A DNA stretch of 38,804 bases from Acetobacteraceae bacterium (GCA_035644895.1 DASQNQ010000026.1:1-38804); one strand, 5' to 3'; numbered from the stretch's first letter, positions 18,315 to 29,247 are shown. Numbers and translations: made by a program. Notes: generated by a model not told the origin, from the letters alone.

Positions 18315-21155
18315 ATGAACGACGCATCCCCCGCAACACCGGCCGCCGAGGCGGGCCGGGACTACCGCGGCACGGTCTTCCTGCCGCAGACCCCGTTCCC
18401 CATGCGCGGCGACCTGCCGAAGCGGGAACCCGGCTGGCTCGCCCGGTGGGAGCAGATGGACCTCTGGCGGCGCCTGCGCGCGCAGTCCCAGGGCCGGCCG
18501 AAGTTCGTCCTGCATGACGGCCCGCCCTACGCCAATGGCCCGCTCCACATCGGCACGGCGCTGAACAAGATCCTGAAGGACGTGGTCAACCGCGCCGCCC
18601 AGATGGCCGGGCACGACGCGGACTACGTCCCCGGCTGGGACTGCCACGGCCTGCCGATCGAGTGGAAGGTCGAGGAGGGCTACCGCGCCAAGGGCCGCGA
18701 CAAGGATGCGGTCCCGGTGCTGGACTTCCGGGCGGAGTGCCGCGACTACGCCACCCACTGGCTCGGCATCCAGCGCGACGAGTTCGTGCGCCTCGGCGTC
18801 GCCGGCGACTGGCCCGGCCGCTACGCCACGATGGACTTCCGGTCGGAGGCGCTGATCGCCGCCGAGATTGGGAAATTCCTGATGAACGGCTCGCTCTACC
18901 GCGGCCTGCGCCCGGTGATGTGGAGCCCGGTCGAGAAGACGGCGCTGGCGGAAGCCGAGATCGAGTACCACGACCACGTCTCCCCCACCCTCTGGGCGCG
19001 CTTCCCCCTGCTGCGCGCGGGCGCGGCGGACCTGGCCGGCGCCTCGGTGGTGATCTGGACGACGACGCCCTGGACCATCCCGGGCAACCGCGCCGTCGCC
19101 TATGGCGCGGAGATCGACTACGCGCTGGTGCATGTGGAGGGCGTGGCGGAGGGGAGCCACCTGCGGGTGGGCGAGAGCCTGCTCGTCGCGCTGGCGCTGC
19201 TGCCGAACTTCGAGCGTGACGCGGGCCTCGGCGCGCACACGATCCGCCGCGTGCTGAAGGGCGCGGAACTGGCCGGGGCGGTCGCCGCCCACCCGCTGCG
19301 CGGCCGCGGCTACGAGTTCGACGTGCCCCTGCTGCCGGGCGACTTCGTGACGACCGAGGCCGGCACCGGCTTCGTCCACATCGCGCCGAGCCATGGCGAG
19401 GACGACTTCAACCTCGGCCGCGCGCACGGCCTGCCGGTGGCCGAGACGGTGGCCGACGACGGCACCTTCACCCACCACGCGCCGGGCTTCGAGGGGCTGC
19501 ACGTCTTCAAGGCGCACGACGCGGTCTACGCGGCGGCCGAGGCCTGCGGGACGCTGGTGGCGAAGGCGAAGCTGACGCATTCCTACCCGCATTCCTGGCG
19601 GTCCAAGAAGCCGGTGATCTTCCGCGCGACGCCGCAGTGGTTCATCGCGATGGATGACCACAACGCGATCCGCGCGAAGGCGCTCGACGCCATCGAGGAG
19701 ACGGGCTTCGTCCCCGCCGCCGGGCGCAACCGCCTCTCCTCCATGATCGCGGCGCGGCCGGACTGGTGCATCTCCCGCCAGCGGGCCTGGGGCGTGCCCA
19801 TCCCGCTCTTCGTGGACCGCCGCACGGGAGAGCCGCTGCGCGACCAGGCGGTGATGGACCGCATCGTCGCGGCCTTCACCGAGGAGGGGGCGGATGCCTG
19901 GTACAAGCCCGGCGCCGCCGCCCGCTTCCTGGGGGAGGGGCGCGATCCGGCGGCCTACGAGCAGGTGATGGACATCGTCGACGTGTGGTTCGAGTCCGGC
20001 TCGACCCACGCCTTCGTCCTGCCGCCGCGCGACCTGCCCTTCCCGGCGGACCTCTACCTCGAAGGCTCGGACCAGCACCGCGGCTGGTTCCATTCGTCGC
20101 TCCTCGAATCCATCGGCACGAACGGCGTCGCGCCCTTCAAGGCGCTGCTCACGCATGGCTTCGTGCTGGACGAGCAGGGGCGGAAGATGTCGAAGTCGCT
20201 GGGCAACGTCGTCGCGCCCCAGGACGTGGTGAAGGAATACGGCGCCGACATCCTGCGGCTCTGGGTGATGAACACCGACGTCACCGAGGACCAGCGCATC
20301 GGCCGCGAGATCCTGAAGCAGCAGGCGGAGCTGTACCGCCGCATCCGCAACACGCTGCGCTGGCTGCTCGGCAACCTCGACGGCTTCACCGAGGCCGAGA
20401 TCGTGCCCCACGACCAGCTGCCGGAGCTGGAGCGCTGGGTGCTGCACCGCCTGGCGGAGCTGGACGCGAAGCTGCGCCACGCGCAGCGCACGCATGAGTG
20501 GACGGGCGTGTACCCCGAGATCCACGCCTTCTGCGCCGCCGACCTCTCGGCCTTCTACTTCGACATCCGCAAGGACAGCCTCTACTGCGACGCGCCGGAG
20601 AACCTGCGGCGGCGCGCCGCGCGCACGGTGCTGGACGCGCTGCACCGCTGCCTGACCACCTGGCTTGCCCCCGTGCTGGTCTTCACGGCGGAGGAGGCGT
20701 GGCTCGCCCGCTTCCCGTCCGAGGAGGGCAGCGTCCACCTGCGGGACTGGCCCGCCATCCCGCCGCGCTGGCGGGACGAGGCGCTTGCCGCGAAGTGGGC
20801 GCGCATCCGCGCCATCCGCGCCGCGGTGACGGGCGCGCTGGAGCGCGCGCGTGCCTCGGGCGAGATCGGCGCCTCGCTGCAGGCGGCGCCGGTGCTGCAC
20901 CTGCCGCCCGCCGATGCCGGCCTCCTCCCGCCCCAGGGCTGGGCGGAGATCTGCATCACCTCGGACCTCGACATCTCGACCGCCGCGCCGCCCGAAGGCG
21001 CCTTCGCCGTCGAGGGCCTGCCCGGCGTCGCGGCCGCCTTCGCGAAGGCGCCTGGCCGCAAGTGCGACCGGTGCTGGCGCGTGCTGCCCGAGGTGGGCGC
21101 GAGCGACGCGCACCCCACGCTCTGCCGGCGCTGCGAGGCGGTGGTGGAGGAGTGA
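18315..21155 (+). CDS. ileS: Isoleucine--tRNA ligase (type 1)
   Basis: [44 protein letters not shown] and KMSKS motifs; C-terminal CDRC...CRRC zinc finger. Confidence 0.98.
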   Translation: MNDASPATPAAEAGRDYRGTVFLPQTPFPMRGDLPKREPGWLARWEQMDLWRRLRAQSQGRPKFVLHDGPPYANGPLHIGTALNKILKDVVNRAAQMAGHDADYVPGWDCHGLPIEWKVEEGYRAKGRDKDAVPVLDFRAECRDYATHWLGIQRDEFVRLGVAGDWPGRYATMDFRSEALIAAEIGKFLMNGSLYRGLRPVMWSPVEKTALAEAEIEYHDHVSPTLWARFPLLRAGAADLAGASVVIWTTTPWTIPGNRAVAYGAEIDYALVHVEGVAEGSHLRVGESLLVALALLPNFERDAGLGAHTIRRVLKGAELAGAVAAHPLRGRGYEFDVPLLPGDFVTTEAGTGFVHIAPSHGEDDFNLGRAHGLPVAETVADDGTFTHHAPGFEGLHVFKAHDAVYAAAEACGTLVAKAKLTHSYPHSWRSKKPVIFRATPQWFIAMDDHNAIRAKALDAIEETGFVPAAGRNRLSSMIAARPDWCISRQRAWGVPIPLFVDRRTGEPLRDQAVMDRIVAAFTEEGADAWYKPGAAARFLGEGRDPAAYEQVMDIVDVWFESGSTHAFVLPPRDLPFPADLYLEGSDQHRGWFHSSLLESIGTNGVAPFKALLTHGFVLDEQGRKMSKSLGNVVAPQDVVKEYGADILRLWVMNTDVTEDQRIGREILKQQAELYRRIRNTLRWLLGNLDGFTEAEIVPHDQLPELERWVLHRLAELDAKLRHAQRTHEWTGVYPEIHAFCAADLSAFYFDIRKDSLYCDAPENLRRRAARTVLDALHRCLTTWLAPVLVFTAEEAWLARFPSEEGSVHLRDWPAIPPRWRDEALAAKWARIRAIRAAVTGALERARASGEIGASLQAAPVLHLPPADAGLLPPQGWAEICITSDLDISTAAPPEGAFAVEGLPGVAAAFAKAPGRKCDRCWRVLPEVGASDAHPTLCRRCEAVVEE

Positions 21156-21649
21156 TGCTCCGCCGCGGCCTGACGCTCGCCGCCGTCATCCTGGTCCTCG
21201 ACCAGGCGAGCAAGTGGTTCATGCTGGAGGTGCTGCGCCTGCCGGAGGTGCGGCACATCCCGCTCCTCGCCGCCGGCCCCTTCGGCTTCGACCTGACGAT
21301 GGTCTGGAACCGCGGCGTCACCTTCGGGATGCTGCAGGCGGAGGGCCTCACGGGGCAGCTCCTGCTCGCCGGGCTGGCGCTGCTGATCGCGGGCTTCCTG
21401 CTGCGCTGGATGGCGCGGGCCGAGAACCGGCTGACCGCCCTGGCGCTCGGGGCCGTCATCGGCGGCGCGGTCGGCAACGTCATCGACCGCCTGCGCTTCG
21501 GGGCGGTGGCGGACTTCTTCGACGCGCATGCCTGGGGCTGGCACTGGTACGTGTTCAACGTGGCGGACGCGGCGATCGTCTGCGGCGTCATCGCCCTCAT
21601 GGCGGACGCCTTGTTCCGGCCAGCGCCCCGCACTAAGGAGGGCACATGA
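21155..21649 (+). CDS. lspA: Lipoprotein signal peptidase II
   Basis: LDQASK, WNRGVTFG, GAVGNVIDR, VADF and FNVAD motifs; TGATG overlap with ileS. Confidence 0.96.
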   Translation: MLRRGLTLAAVILVLDQASKWFMLEVLRLPEVRHIPLLAAGPFGFDLTMVWNRGVTFGMLQAEGLTGQLLLAGLALLIAGFLLRWMARAENRLTALALGAVIGGAVGNVIDRLRFGAVADFFDAHAWGWHWYVFNVADAAIVCGVIALMADALFRPAPRTKEGT

Positions 21650-22194
21650 TGCGCGCCCAACCCGTTCTCTTCGCTCTGCCGCTGCTCCTCGGCCTGGCCG
21701 GGTGCGGCGGCGACACCGCCCGCTCGCTCGGCTTCACCCGCGACCCGCCGGACGAGTTCCAGGTGACCACGCGCGCGCCGCTCTCCGTGCCCCCGCGCCT
21801 CGGCGAGCTGCCGCCGCCGAACCCGGGTGCGCAGCGGCCGCAGGAGGGTGGCCGCAGCGCCGCCAACCTGCTCGGCCCCTCTGTCGGTGCTACGGGTCAG
21901 GCGCGGCCGAGCGGGGCGGAGCAGGCGCTGATCGCCCGCGCCGGCGGCCCGGTGCAGGACGACATCCGCCGGCGGGTGGACGAGGAATCGCTGCGCCTCG
22001 ACAGGCCGGAGCGCGGCGTGACCGACAGGCTGATGTTCTGGCGGGACCGCCCCCCCGCTGGCGCGGCGGTCGACCCCCAGCGCGAGGCCCAGCGCCTGCG
22101 GGAGAACGCGGCGCTCGGCCGCGACGTGCAGGAGGGGGATACGCCCGTCGCCCAGCCGCCGCGGCGTGGACTGCTGGACGGGATCTTCAACTAG
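21646..22194 (+). CDS. DUF3035 family lipoprotein
   Basis: Lipobox LAGC; PPDEFQVTTRAPLSVPP motif; follows lspA. Confidence 0.85.
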   Translation: MMRAQPVLFALPLLLGLAGCGGDTARSLGFTRDPPDEFQVTTRAPLSVPPRLGELPPPNPGAQRPQEGGRSAANLLGPSVGATGQARPSGAEQALIARAGGPVQDDIRRRVDEESLRLDRPERGVTDRLMFWRDRPPAGAAVDPQREAQRLRENAALGRDVQEGDTPVAQPPRRGLLDGIFN

Positions 22195-22273
22195 CCAGGT
22201 CCGGGCGGGGTGGCCGCCGGTTGAAGGCGCTCGCGGCCTGGACCTCGGCCGGTCGCCGCGCCAGATAGGCCGG

Positions 22274-24310
22274 ATGAGCGAAGGCGCCCCCCCGAACCCC
22301 CTCCTCGAGCCCTGGGACACCCCCTTCGGCGTCCCGCCCTTCGACCGCATCCGAACGGAGCACTTCGCTCCCGCCTTCGCGGCCGCGATGGAGGCCCACC
22401 GGGCCGAGGTCGCCGCCATCGCGGCCGATCCCGCGCCGCCCCTCTTCGCCAACACGGTGGAGGCGCTGGAGCGGGCGGGCAGCGCCCTGACGCGCGTCGC
22501 CTCGGTGTTCTTCAACCTGACGCTCAGCCGCGCGGACGATGCGCTGCAGGCCGTGGAGCGCGAGGTGGCGCCGCAGCTCGCGCGGCACCGCTCGGAGATC
22601 GTGCTGGATCCCGGCGTCTTCCGCCGCGTGGACGCGCTGCACGCAAGGCGCGCCACGCTCGGCCTCGAACCCGACCAGCTCCGGCTGCTGGAGCGGCTGC
22701 ACATGCGCCTGCTGCGCAGCGGCGCCGCGCTGGACGACGCGGCGCGGGCGCGCCTGACCGCGATCTCCGGGCGGCTGGCCGAGCTGCACACGCGCTTCGG
22801 GCAGAACGTGCTGGCCGACGAGAATGACTGGCAGATGGTGCTGGAGGAGGACGACCTGGACGGCCTGCCCGATTCCGCCCGCGCCGCAGCGCGCGAGGCG
22901 GCGCGGGAGAGGGGGGTGGAGGGCTACGTCGTCACCCTGGCGCGGTCCTCGGTCGAGCCCTTCCTGACCTTCTCCGCCCGGCGCGACCTGCGGGAGCGGG
23001 CGTGGCGCGCCTGGGCGGCGCGCGGCGCGCTCGACCCGGCGCGCGACAACGCGGCGCTGGTGCGGGAGATCCTGGCGCTCCGGGCCGAGCGCGCCCGGCT
23101 CCTCGGCCACGTGGACTTCGCCGCGTACCGGCTGGTGGACACGATGGCCGGCCGCCCCGAGGCCGCGGAGCGCCTGCTGCGCGCGACCTGGGAGCCGGCG
23201 AAGCGCCGCGCGGCGGAGGAGCGCGCGGAGCTGGAGGCGCTGGCCCGCGCCGGCGGCCACAACGGCCCGGTCGAGGCCTGGGACTGGCGCTTCTGGGCGG
23301 AGCGCGCGCGGGGCGCGAAGCACGCCGTGGATGCCGCCGCGGTGAAGCCCTACTTCGAGCTGGAGGCCATGGTTCGCGCCGTGTTCGACACCGCGACGCG
23401 GCTCTTCGGCATCACCTTCGAGGAGCGGCGGGACATTCCCGTCTACCACCCCGACGTCCGCGCCTTCGAGGTGCGCGACGCGGATGGCGGGCACCGGGGC
23501 GTGTTCCTGCTCGACAACTTCGCCCGCGCGGGCAAGCGCTCCGGCGCCTGGATGAGCTCCTTCCGCGTGGCGGAGGCGATGGACGCGCGCGTCTCGCCCA
23601 TCGTGGTGAACAACAACAACCTGGCCAAGGCCTCGCCCACCCTGCTGTCCTGGGACGACGCGCGGACGCTGTTCCATGAATTCGGCCACGCGCTGCACGG
23701 GCTGCTGAGCACGGCGCGCTACCCCTCGCAGTCCGGCACGTCGGTGCTGGGTGACTTCGTTGAGTTCCCCAGCCAGGTGATGGAGCACTGGCTGTCGGTG
23801 CCGGAGACGCTGCGCACCCATGCGCGGCACCACGAGACGGGCGAGGCACTGCCGCAGGCGATGCTCGACGCGCTGCTGGCCGCCCGCAACGAGGGACAGG
23901 GCTTCGCCACGGTGGAGTACGTCTCCTCCGCGCTGATCGACCTGGCGCTGCACCGCCACCCCGACCCCGCCTCGCTCGACCTCGCCGCGTTCGAGCGGGA
24001 CTTCCTGGCGGAGATCGGGATGCCCGATGCGGTCGGGCTGCGGCACCGGCCCATCCATTTCGGGCACCTCTTCGCAGGCGGCGGCTATGCGGCGGGCTAC
24101 TACTTCTATCTCTGGGCGGAGGTGCTGGACGCCGACGGCTTCGAGGCCTTCGAGGAGGCAGGCGATCCCTTCGAGCCCGGCCTCGCCGCCCGGCTGAAGC
24201 AGGTCTTCGAGGCGGGCGACACGCGCGACCCGATGGAGCTCTACGTCGCCTTCCGCGGCCGGGAGCCCGCGGCAGACGCACTGCTGCGCAAGCGGGGCCT
24301 CGCCGCGTGA
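22274..24310 (+). CDS. dcp: M3 family peptidyl-dipeptidase (Dcp-like)
   Basis: NPLL, KRSGAWM, LFHEFGHALH zinc motif, DFVEFPSQ and YLWAEVLDAD. ATG at 22274. Confidence 0.92.
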   Translation: MSEGAPPNPLLEPWDTPFGVPPFDRIRTEHFAPAFAAAMEAHRAEVAAIAADPAPPLFANTVEALERAGSALTRVASVFFNLTLSRADDALQAVEREVAPQLARHRSEIVLDPGVFRRVDALHARRATLGLEPDQLRLLERLHMRLLRSGAALDDAARARLTAISGRLAELHTRFGQNVLADENDWQMVLEEDDLDGLPDSARAAAREAARERGVEGYVVTLARSSVEPFLTFSARRDLRERAWRAWAARGALDPARDNAALVREILALRAERARLLGHVDFAAYRLVDTMAGRPEAAERLLRATWEPAKRRAAEERAELEALARAGGHNGPVEAWDWRFWAERARGAKHAVDAAAVKPYFELEAMVRAVFDTATRLFGITFEERRDIPVYHPDVRAFEVRDADGGHRGVFLLDNFARAGKRSGAWMSSFRVAEAMDARVSPIVVNNNNLAKASPTLLSWDDARTLFHEFGHALHGLLSTARYPSQSGTSVLGDFVEFPSQVMEHWLSVPETLRTHARHHETGEALPQAMLDALLAARNEGQGFATVEYVSSALIDLALHRHPDPASLDLAAFERDFLAEIGMPDAVGLRHRPIHFGHLFAGGGYAAGYYFYLWAEVLDADGFEAFEEAGDPFEPGLAARLKQVFEAGDTRDPMELYVAFRGREPAADALLRKRGLAA

Positions 24311-25086
24311 GCGGCGGCGTCGCGCTCGTCACCGGGGCCGCGCGGGGCATCGGGCTCGCGACGGCGCGGCGCTTCCTGGTGGAGGGCTGGCGCGTCGCGC
24401 TGCTCGACATCGAGGGGGCGACGCTCGACGAGGCGATCGAGGGCATCGGGGCGCCGGATGCGACGCTCGCGCTGCGCTGCGACGTGTCCGACCCGGCGGC
24501 CGTCGCCGCAGCGGTCGGGCAGGTGGCGGCCCGCTTCGGCCGGCTGGACGCGCTGGTGAACAATGCCGGCATCGCCGTCTTCAAGCCGATCCTGGAGACA
24601 ACGCCCGAGGAGTGGAACCGGGTGCTGGCGGTGAACCTGACCGGTCCCTTCCTCTGCACCCAGGCGGCGGCGCCGCTGATGGCGGAGGGCGGGGGCGGGG
24701 CGGTGGTGAACATCACCTCCATCTCCGGACTGCGCGCCTCCACGCTGCGGGTGGCCTACGGGACCAGCAAGGCGGGCCTTGCGCACCTGACCAAGCAGCA
24801 GGCGGTCGAGCTCGCCGCGCTCGGCATCCGAGTGAACGCGGTGGCGCCGGGGCCGGTGGACACCGCCATGGCCAAGGCGGTCCACACGCCGGAGATCCGG
24901 CGCGACTACCACGACACCATCCCGCTCGACCGCTACGGCCTGGAAGCGGAGCTCGCCGAGGCAGTTTTCTTCCTGTGCGGCGACCGCGCCGCCTACATCA
25001 CCGGCCAGGTCATCGCGGTCGATGGCGGGTTCGAGGCGACGGGCATCGGCCTGCCCACGCTGCGGGCGCAGCGGCGGAACCTCTAG
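24307..25086 (+). CDS. SDR family NAD(P)-dependent oxidoreductase
   Basis: TGAARGIG, NNAG, YGTSK catalytic motif and VAPGPVDT; GTGA overlap with dcp. Confidence 0.93.
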   Translation: MSGGVALVTGAARGIGLATARRFLVEGWRVALLDIEGATLDEAIEGIGAPDATLALRCDVSDPAAVAAAVGQVAARFGRLDALVNNAGIAVFKPILETTPEEWNRVLAVNLTGPFLCTQAAAPLMAEGGGGAVVNITSISGLRASTLRVAYGTSKAGLAHLTKQQAVELAALGIRVNAVAPGPVDTAMAKAVHTPEIRRDYHDTIPLDRYGLEAELAEAVFFLCGDRAAYITGQVIAVDGGFEATGIGLPTLRAQRRNL

Positions 25087-25202
25087 CGCCTGACCCGCGA
25101 AGGCGGAAACGCCCAAGCAGTGAATCAGTCGCTCGGCATGACCGGCTTGGCCCCGGCCCTCCGCTGCCCCTATCCTGCGCGGAAGGGAAGAGGAAGCCGC
25201 CA

Positions 25203-26834
25203 GTGACCGACACCTTCGACTACGTCATCGTGGGGGCGGGCGCCGCCGGCTCGGTGCTCGCGAACCGCCTCAGCGCGGACCCGGGCGTCACGGTCTGCGT
25301 GCTGGAGGCCGGGCCGCCCGACCGGAACCCCTGGATCCACGTCCCCGCGGGCTTCATCAAGACGCTGTCCGACCCCGGCGTGACCTGGCAGTTCAAGACG
25401 GAGCCCCTGCCGATGACGGGCGGGCGGCGGATCAGCACCACGCAGGGGCGCACCCTTGGCGGGTCGTCCTCGGTCAACGGCATGATCTACAACCGCGGCC
25501 AGCCCGCGGACCTCGACGCCTGGGCGCAGCGCGGGCTGCGCGGCTGGGGCTATGCCGACTGCCTGCCGTACTATCGCCGCAGCGAGAACCGCATCGGCAC
25601 CTGCGACGACACGCGCGGCCGGAGCGAGGGGGGCATCCCGGTCACCGACATGGACTGGATCCACCCGGTGTCCGAGGCCTTCATCGAGGGCTGCCTGTCG
25701 CTCGGCATCCCCCGCGCGCGGGACTACAATTGCGGCAACCAGGCGGGCGTCGGCTACTACCAGCGCACCATCCATCGCGGCCGCCGCGTCTCCGCCGCGC
25801 GCGCCTTCCTCAAGCCCGCCATGGCGCGCCCGAATCTTGAGGTGCGGACGAATGCACGCGCGAGCCGCATCGTGTTCGAGGGGCTGCGTGCAGTGGGCAT
25901 CCGCTACCAGGCCGCGCGCGGCGCGCCGGAGCGCGAGGTGCGCGCACGACGGGAGGTGATCCTCTCGGCCGGCACGGTGAACACGGCGCGGCTGCTGCAG
26001 GTCTCGGGCGTCGGGCCGGCGGATCTGCTCGCGCGCCTCGGCGTGCCGGTCGTGCATGCGCTGCGCGGCGTCGGCGCCAACTTCCGCGACCACTACGCCT
26101 CCCGCTTCGTCATGCGTGCGCGGCCGGGGGTGGAGACGCTGAACGAGCTCTCGCGCGGGCTTCGCCTCGGCGCGCAGATCGCGCGCTGGGCGGCGCGCCG
26201 GCCGAGCATCCTGGCCACCACGCCGTCGCACGTCCACGTCTTCTGGAAGAGCTTCGAGGGGCTCGACCTGCCCGACCTGCAGTGCGTCTTCACCCCCGGC
26301 TCCTACGCCGAGGGCAAGGTCTACGTGCTGGACGACTACCCGGGCGTCACCGCCGGCGCCTGGCAGCACCGGCCGGAGAGCCATGGCTGGGTGCGCGCCC
26401 GCAGCGCGGACGTGTTCGAGGACCCCGAGATCAACCCGAACTACCTGTCGGACCCGATGGACGTCCGCGTCCACCTGGGCGGGATGCGGCTGCTGCGCCG
26501 CATGCTCGGTACGCCGGCCCTCGCGCGCTTCCTGGAGGCGGAGACGCTGCCAGGGCCGCAGGCGCAGACGGATGACGAACTGCTGGACTTCGCCAAGCGC
26601 AACGGCAGCACGACCTACCACCTGATCGGCACGGCGCGCATGGGGCCGGAGACGGACCCCGGCACCGTCGTCAGCGACCGGCTGCTGGTCCATGGGATGC
26701 AGGGGCTGCGCGTGGTGGACGCCTCCGTCATGCCGAGTATGCCCTCGGCCAACACCTATGCGACGACGCTGATGATCGCCGAGAAGGCGGCCGACTTCAT
26801 CCGCGGCCGCGAGAGCGTGGCGGAGGCGGCCTGA
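25203..26834 (+). CDS. GMC family flavin oxidoreductase (choline dehydrogenase-like)
   Basis: [39 protein letters not shown] and LRVVDASVMP...ANT motifs. GTG at 25203 after a purine-rich RBS. Confidence 0.92.
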   Translation: MTDTFDYVIVGAGAAGSVLANRLSADPGVTVCVLEAGPPDRNPWIHVPAGFIKTLSDPGVTWQFKTEPLPMTGGRRISTTQGRTLGGSSSVNGMIYNRGQPADLDAWAQRGLRGWGYADCLPYYRRSENRIGTCDDTRGRSEGGIPVTDMDWIHPVSEAFIEGCLSLGIPRARDYNCGNQAGVGYYQRTIHRGRRVSAARAFLKPAMARPNLEVRTNARASRIVFEGLRAVGIRYQAARGAPEREVRARREVILSAGTVNTARLLQVSGVGPADLLARLGVPVVHALRGVGANFRDHYASRFVMRARPGVETLNELSRGLRLGAQIARWAARRPSILATTPSHVHVFWKSFEGLDLPDLQCVFTPGSYAEGKVYVLDDYPGVTAGAWQHRPESHGWVRARSADVFEDPEINPNYLSDPMDVRVHLGGMRLLRRMLGTPALARFLEAETLPGPQAQTDDELLDFAKRNGSTTYHLIGTARMGPETDPGTVVSDRLLVHGMQGLRVVDASVMPSMPSANTYATTLMIAEKAADFIRGRESVAEAA

Positions 26835-26838
26835 GCCC

Positions 26839-27924
26839 ATGACACGCAACGCCGTCCATGTCGCCGTGCTGCCCGGCGACGGCATCGGGGCGGAGGTGAC
26901 GGAGGCCTGCCTGGCCGTGCTGGGTCCGCTCGCGCGGCGCCACGGCCTCGGCCTGACGACGGAGACGCTGGAGGCCGGCGCCTTCGCCTACCAGCGCACC
27001 GGCACCGCCCTGTCGGAGGAGGCGTTCCGCCGCGCCGAGGCCGCCGATGCCATCCTGCTCGGCGCGATGGGCTGGCCCGGCATCCGCTACCCGGACGGCA
27101 CGGAGATCGCGCCGCAGCTCGACCTGCGCTTCCGCCTCGGTCTCTACGCGGGCGTGCGGCCGATCCGCGCCATCCCCGGCGTGCCGCTGGCGCTGGCCGA
27201 CCCGCGCGCGGCGGGCATCGACATGGTCATCCTGCGCGAGAGCACGGAGGGGATGTTCGCCGCGCGCGGCACCGGCCAGGTGGTGGAGGACCGCGAGGCG
27301 CGGGACACGATGGTCATCACGCGCGCGACGACCGAGCGCCTGTCGCGCTTCGCCTTCCGCCTGGCACAGCGGCGCGCGGCGCGGATGGGCCGGGCGCAGC
27401 GGGTGACGCTGGTGGACAAGGCCAACGTCTTCACCGGCTTCGCCTTCATGCGGAAGGTCTTCCACGAGGTGTCACGGGAGTTCCCGGACGTGCCGGCCGG
27501 CGACCACTATGTGGACGCGATGGCGCTCGACCTCGTGCGACGGCCCTGGGACTTCGACGTGCTGCCGATGGAGAACCTGTTCGGCGACATCCTCTCGGAC
27601 CTCGGCGCGGGGCTGATCGGCGGGATGGGCTACGCGCCGTCCGCCGACATCGGCGACGGCCACGCCGTCTTCCAGCCGAGCCACGGCACCGGGCCCGACA
27701 TCGGGGGGAAGGGGGTGGCGAACCCGACGGCCACGATCCTCTCGGCCGCGCTCATGCTCGACTGGCTGGGCGAGCGCGGGGCGGGGCAGGCCTGGACGGA
27801 TGCGGCGGCGGAGCTGCAGGCGGCGGTGGACCAGGCCTTCGCGTCCGGGCTGCGGACGGCCGAGTTCGGCGGTGCCGGCACGGCGGAGGTGGCGCGCGCC
27901 ATCGCGGGATGCATCCCGGGCTGA
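26839..27924 (+). CDS. Isocitrate/isopropylmalate/tartrate dehydrogenase family protein
   Basis: LPGDGIGAEV, VDKANV, YVDAMA, ENLFGDILSDL and PSHGTGPDI...ANP motifs. Substrate not assignable. Confidence 0.9.
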   Translation: MTRNAVHVAVLPGDGIGAEVTEACLAVLGPLARRHGLGLTTETLEAGAFAYQRTGTALSEEAFRRAEAADAILLGAMGWPGIRYPDGTEIAPQLDLRFRLGLYAGVRPIRAIPGVPLALADPRAAGIDMVILRESTEGMFAARGTGQVVEDREARDTMVITRATTERLSRFAFRLAQRRAARMGRAQRVTLVDKANVFTGFAFMRKVFHEVSREFPDVPAGDHYVDAMALDLVRRPWDFDVLPMENLFGDILSDLGAGLIGGMGYAPSADIGDGHAVFQPSHGTGPDIGGKGVANPTATILSAALMLDWLGERGAGQAWTDAAAELQAAVDQAFASGLRTAEFGGAGTAEVARAIAGCIPG

Positions 27925-27927
27925 CGG

Positions 27928-29247
27928 TCACGCCATCAGCGGCGCGCGCGCGTCCAGCACGTCCCCGACCGCCTGCACGAAGCCCTCGCACTCCGCCTCG
28001 CCCACCATGAGCGAGAGCGCCACCATGCCGCGGCGGGCGATGTAGAAGCCGCGCTCCAGCAGGTCGAGGAACAGCAGCTCGCCGAGCGCCTTGTCGGCCA
28101 CGGCGGCCTCCGCGGCGTTGCGCGGCGGCCGGTCGCGGAAGTGGAAGCACATCATGGAGCCGCGGCCAGTGACCTGCACCGGCAGGCCGCGTCGGCCGAC
28201 CTCCGCCAGCAACGCTTCCCGCAGCTGGTCGCCGCGTGCGTTCAGCGCGATGGCGGCCTCGGGCGTGTAGATCTCGCCGATCGCAGCGATCCCGGCCGAC
28301 ATGGTCACCGTGTTGTTGTTGAAGGTGCCCGCATGGGGCACGGCATCGGGGCGCCGCGGGTCGAACACCGCCATCAGGTCCGCGCGTCCGCCGAAGGCGC
28401 CGAAGGACATGCCGCCGCCGACATACTTGCCGAGGGTGATGAGGTCCGGCCGCAGGCCCAGCTCCGCCCCCAGCCCGCCCGGTGCGAGGCGGCTGGTCAT
28501 CACCTCGTCGAGGATGAGCAGCGCGCCCGTCTCCGCGGCCAGGTCGCGCAGCGCGTGCAGGAAGGCGGGCTCCGCCGGGATGCAGCCGCCACTCCCCAGC
28601 ATCGGTTCCAGGATGATGGCGGCGAGGTCCGCGGCGTGCTGCCGCACGAGTCGCGCAGCGGCCTCCGCGTCGTTGTAGGGGCACAGCACGACCTGGTGCG
28701 GGACGTTCACCGGGCTGCCACCGCCGCCATAGGTCATCAGCCCGCCATGGTAGCCGCCCTCCATCGCGAGGATCCTGCGGCGCCCGGTCGCGATGGTGGC
28801 GGTGGCGACGGCCAGCAGGTTCGCCTCGGTGCCGGAGTTGGTGAAGCGAACCCGCTCGACCGCGGGGAAGCGGTCGCAGACGAGCCGCGCCAGCCGCACC
28901 TCGAGCCTGTTGTGGCCCGTGAGGTTCACGCCCATGTCGAGCGCGCGCAGCACGGCGGCCCGGATCGCCGGGTGGGAGTGTCCGAACAGCCCCGCCGTGT
29001 ACTCGCCGATCATGTTCACATAGGTGTGGCCGTCCGCGTCGTGGATGCGGCAGCCCTCCCCGCTGGCAACGGCAAGAGGGTAGGGGCCGTGGAACAGGAC
29101 GCTGCGCGTGTTGCCGCCCGGCATGACCTCCGCGGCGCGCTGGTGGAGGGCGAGGCTCTCCGGCCGGCGGCGCGCATAGACCTGCCGCGCTTCCTCAAGC
29201 GCCGATGCGATGCTGGAATTGCGGAGCGGCGCGGCGGTCATGCCCAT
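27928..29247 (-). CDS. Class III PLP aminotransferase, beta-amino-acid transaminase-like (GSA-aminomutase superfamily)
   Basis: MPGGNTRSVLF, GEYTAGLFGHS, RFTNSGTEAN, DEVMTSRL, LGKYVGGGMSFGAFGG and HAGTFNNN motifs. Start 29247 or 29241. Confidence 0.85.
   Translation of the reverse strand: MGMTAAPLRNSSIASALEEARQVYARRRPESLALHQRAAEVMPGGNTRSVLFHGPYPLAVASGEGCRIHDADGHTYVNMIGEYTAGLFGHSHPAIRAAVLRALDMGVNLTGHNRLEVRLARLVCDRFPAVERVRFTNSGTEANLLAVATATIATGRRRILAMEGGYHGGLMTYGGGGSPVNVPHQVVLCPYNDAEAAARLVRQHAADLAAIILEPMLGSGGCIPAEPAFLHALRDLAAETGALLILDEVMTSRLAPGGLGAELGLRPDLITLGKYVGGGMSFGAFGGRADLMAVFDPRRPDAVPHAGTFNNNTVTMSAGIAAIGEIYTPEAAIALNARGDQLREALLAEVGRRGLPVQVTGRGSMMCFHFRDRPPRNAAEAAVADKALGELLFLDLLERGFYIARRGMVALSLMVGEAECEGFVQAVGDVLDARAPLMA

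Noticed and set aside
18204-21113. 969-aa ORF antisense to ileS, and similar antisense ORFs over petB, dcp, GMC, hemC/bchP and ppsR
   Set aside because: Antisense mirrors of genes with strong GC3 bias.
24612-25202. N-terminal extension of the GMC ORF (also extensions of xylF, petA, lspA, dcp, azlD, the permease and the hemerythrin ORF)
   Set aside because: The extensions overlap neighbouring genes or promoters; downstream starts fit RBSs or domain boundaries better.
26839-27924. Assigning leuB or ttuC
   Set aside because: The family is clear but specificity cannot be resolved by eye, and there is no leu or ttu context.
27928-29247. Calling the aminotransferase hemL (C5 pathway) because it borders the photosynthesis cluster
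   Set aside because: Motifs fit the beta-transaminase-like branch, there is no glutamyl-tRNA reductase in the window, and most alphaproteobacteria use ALA synthase.
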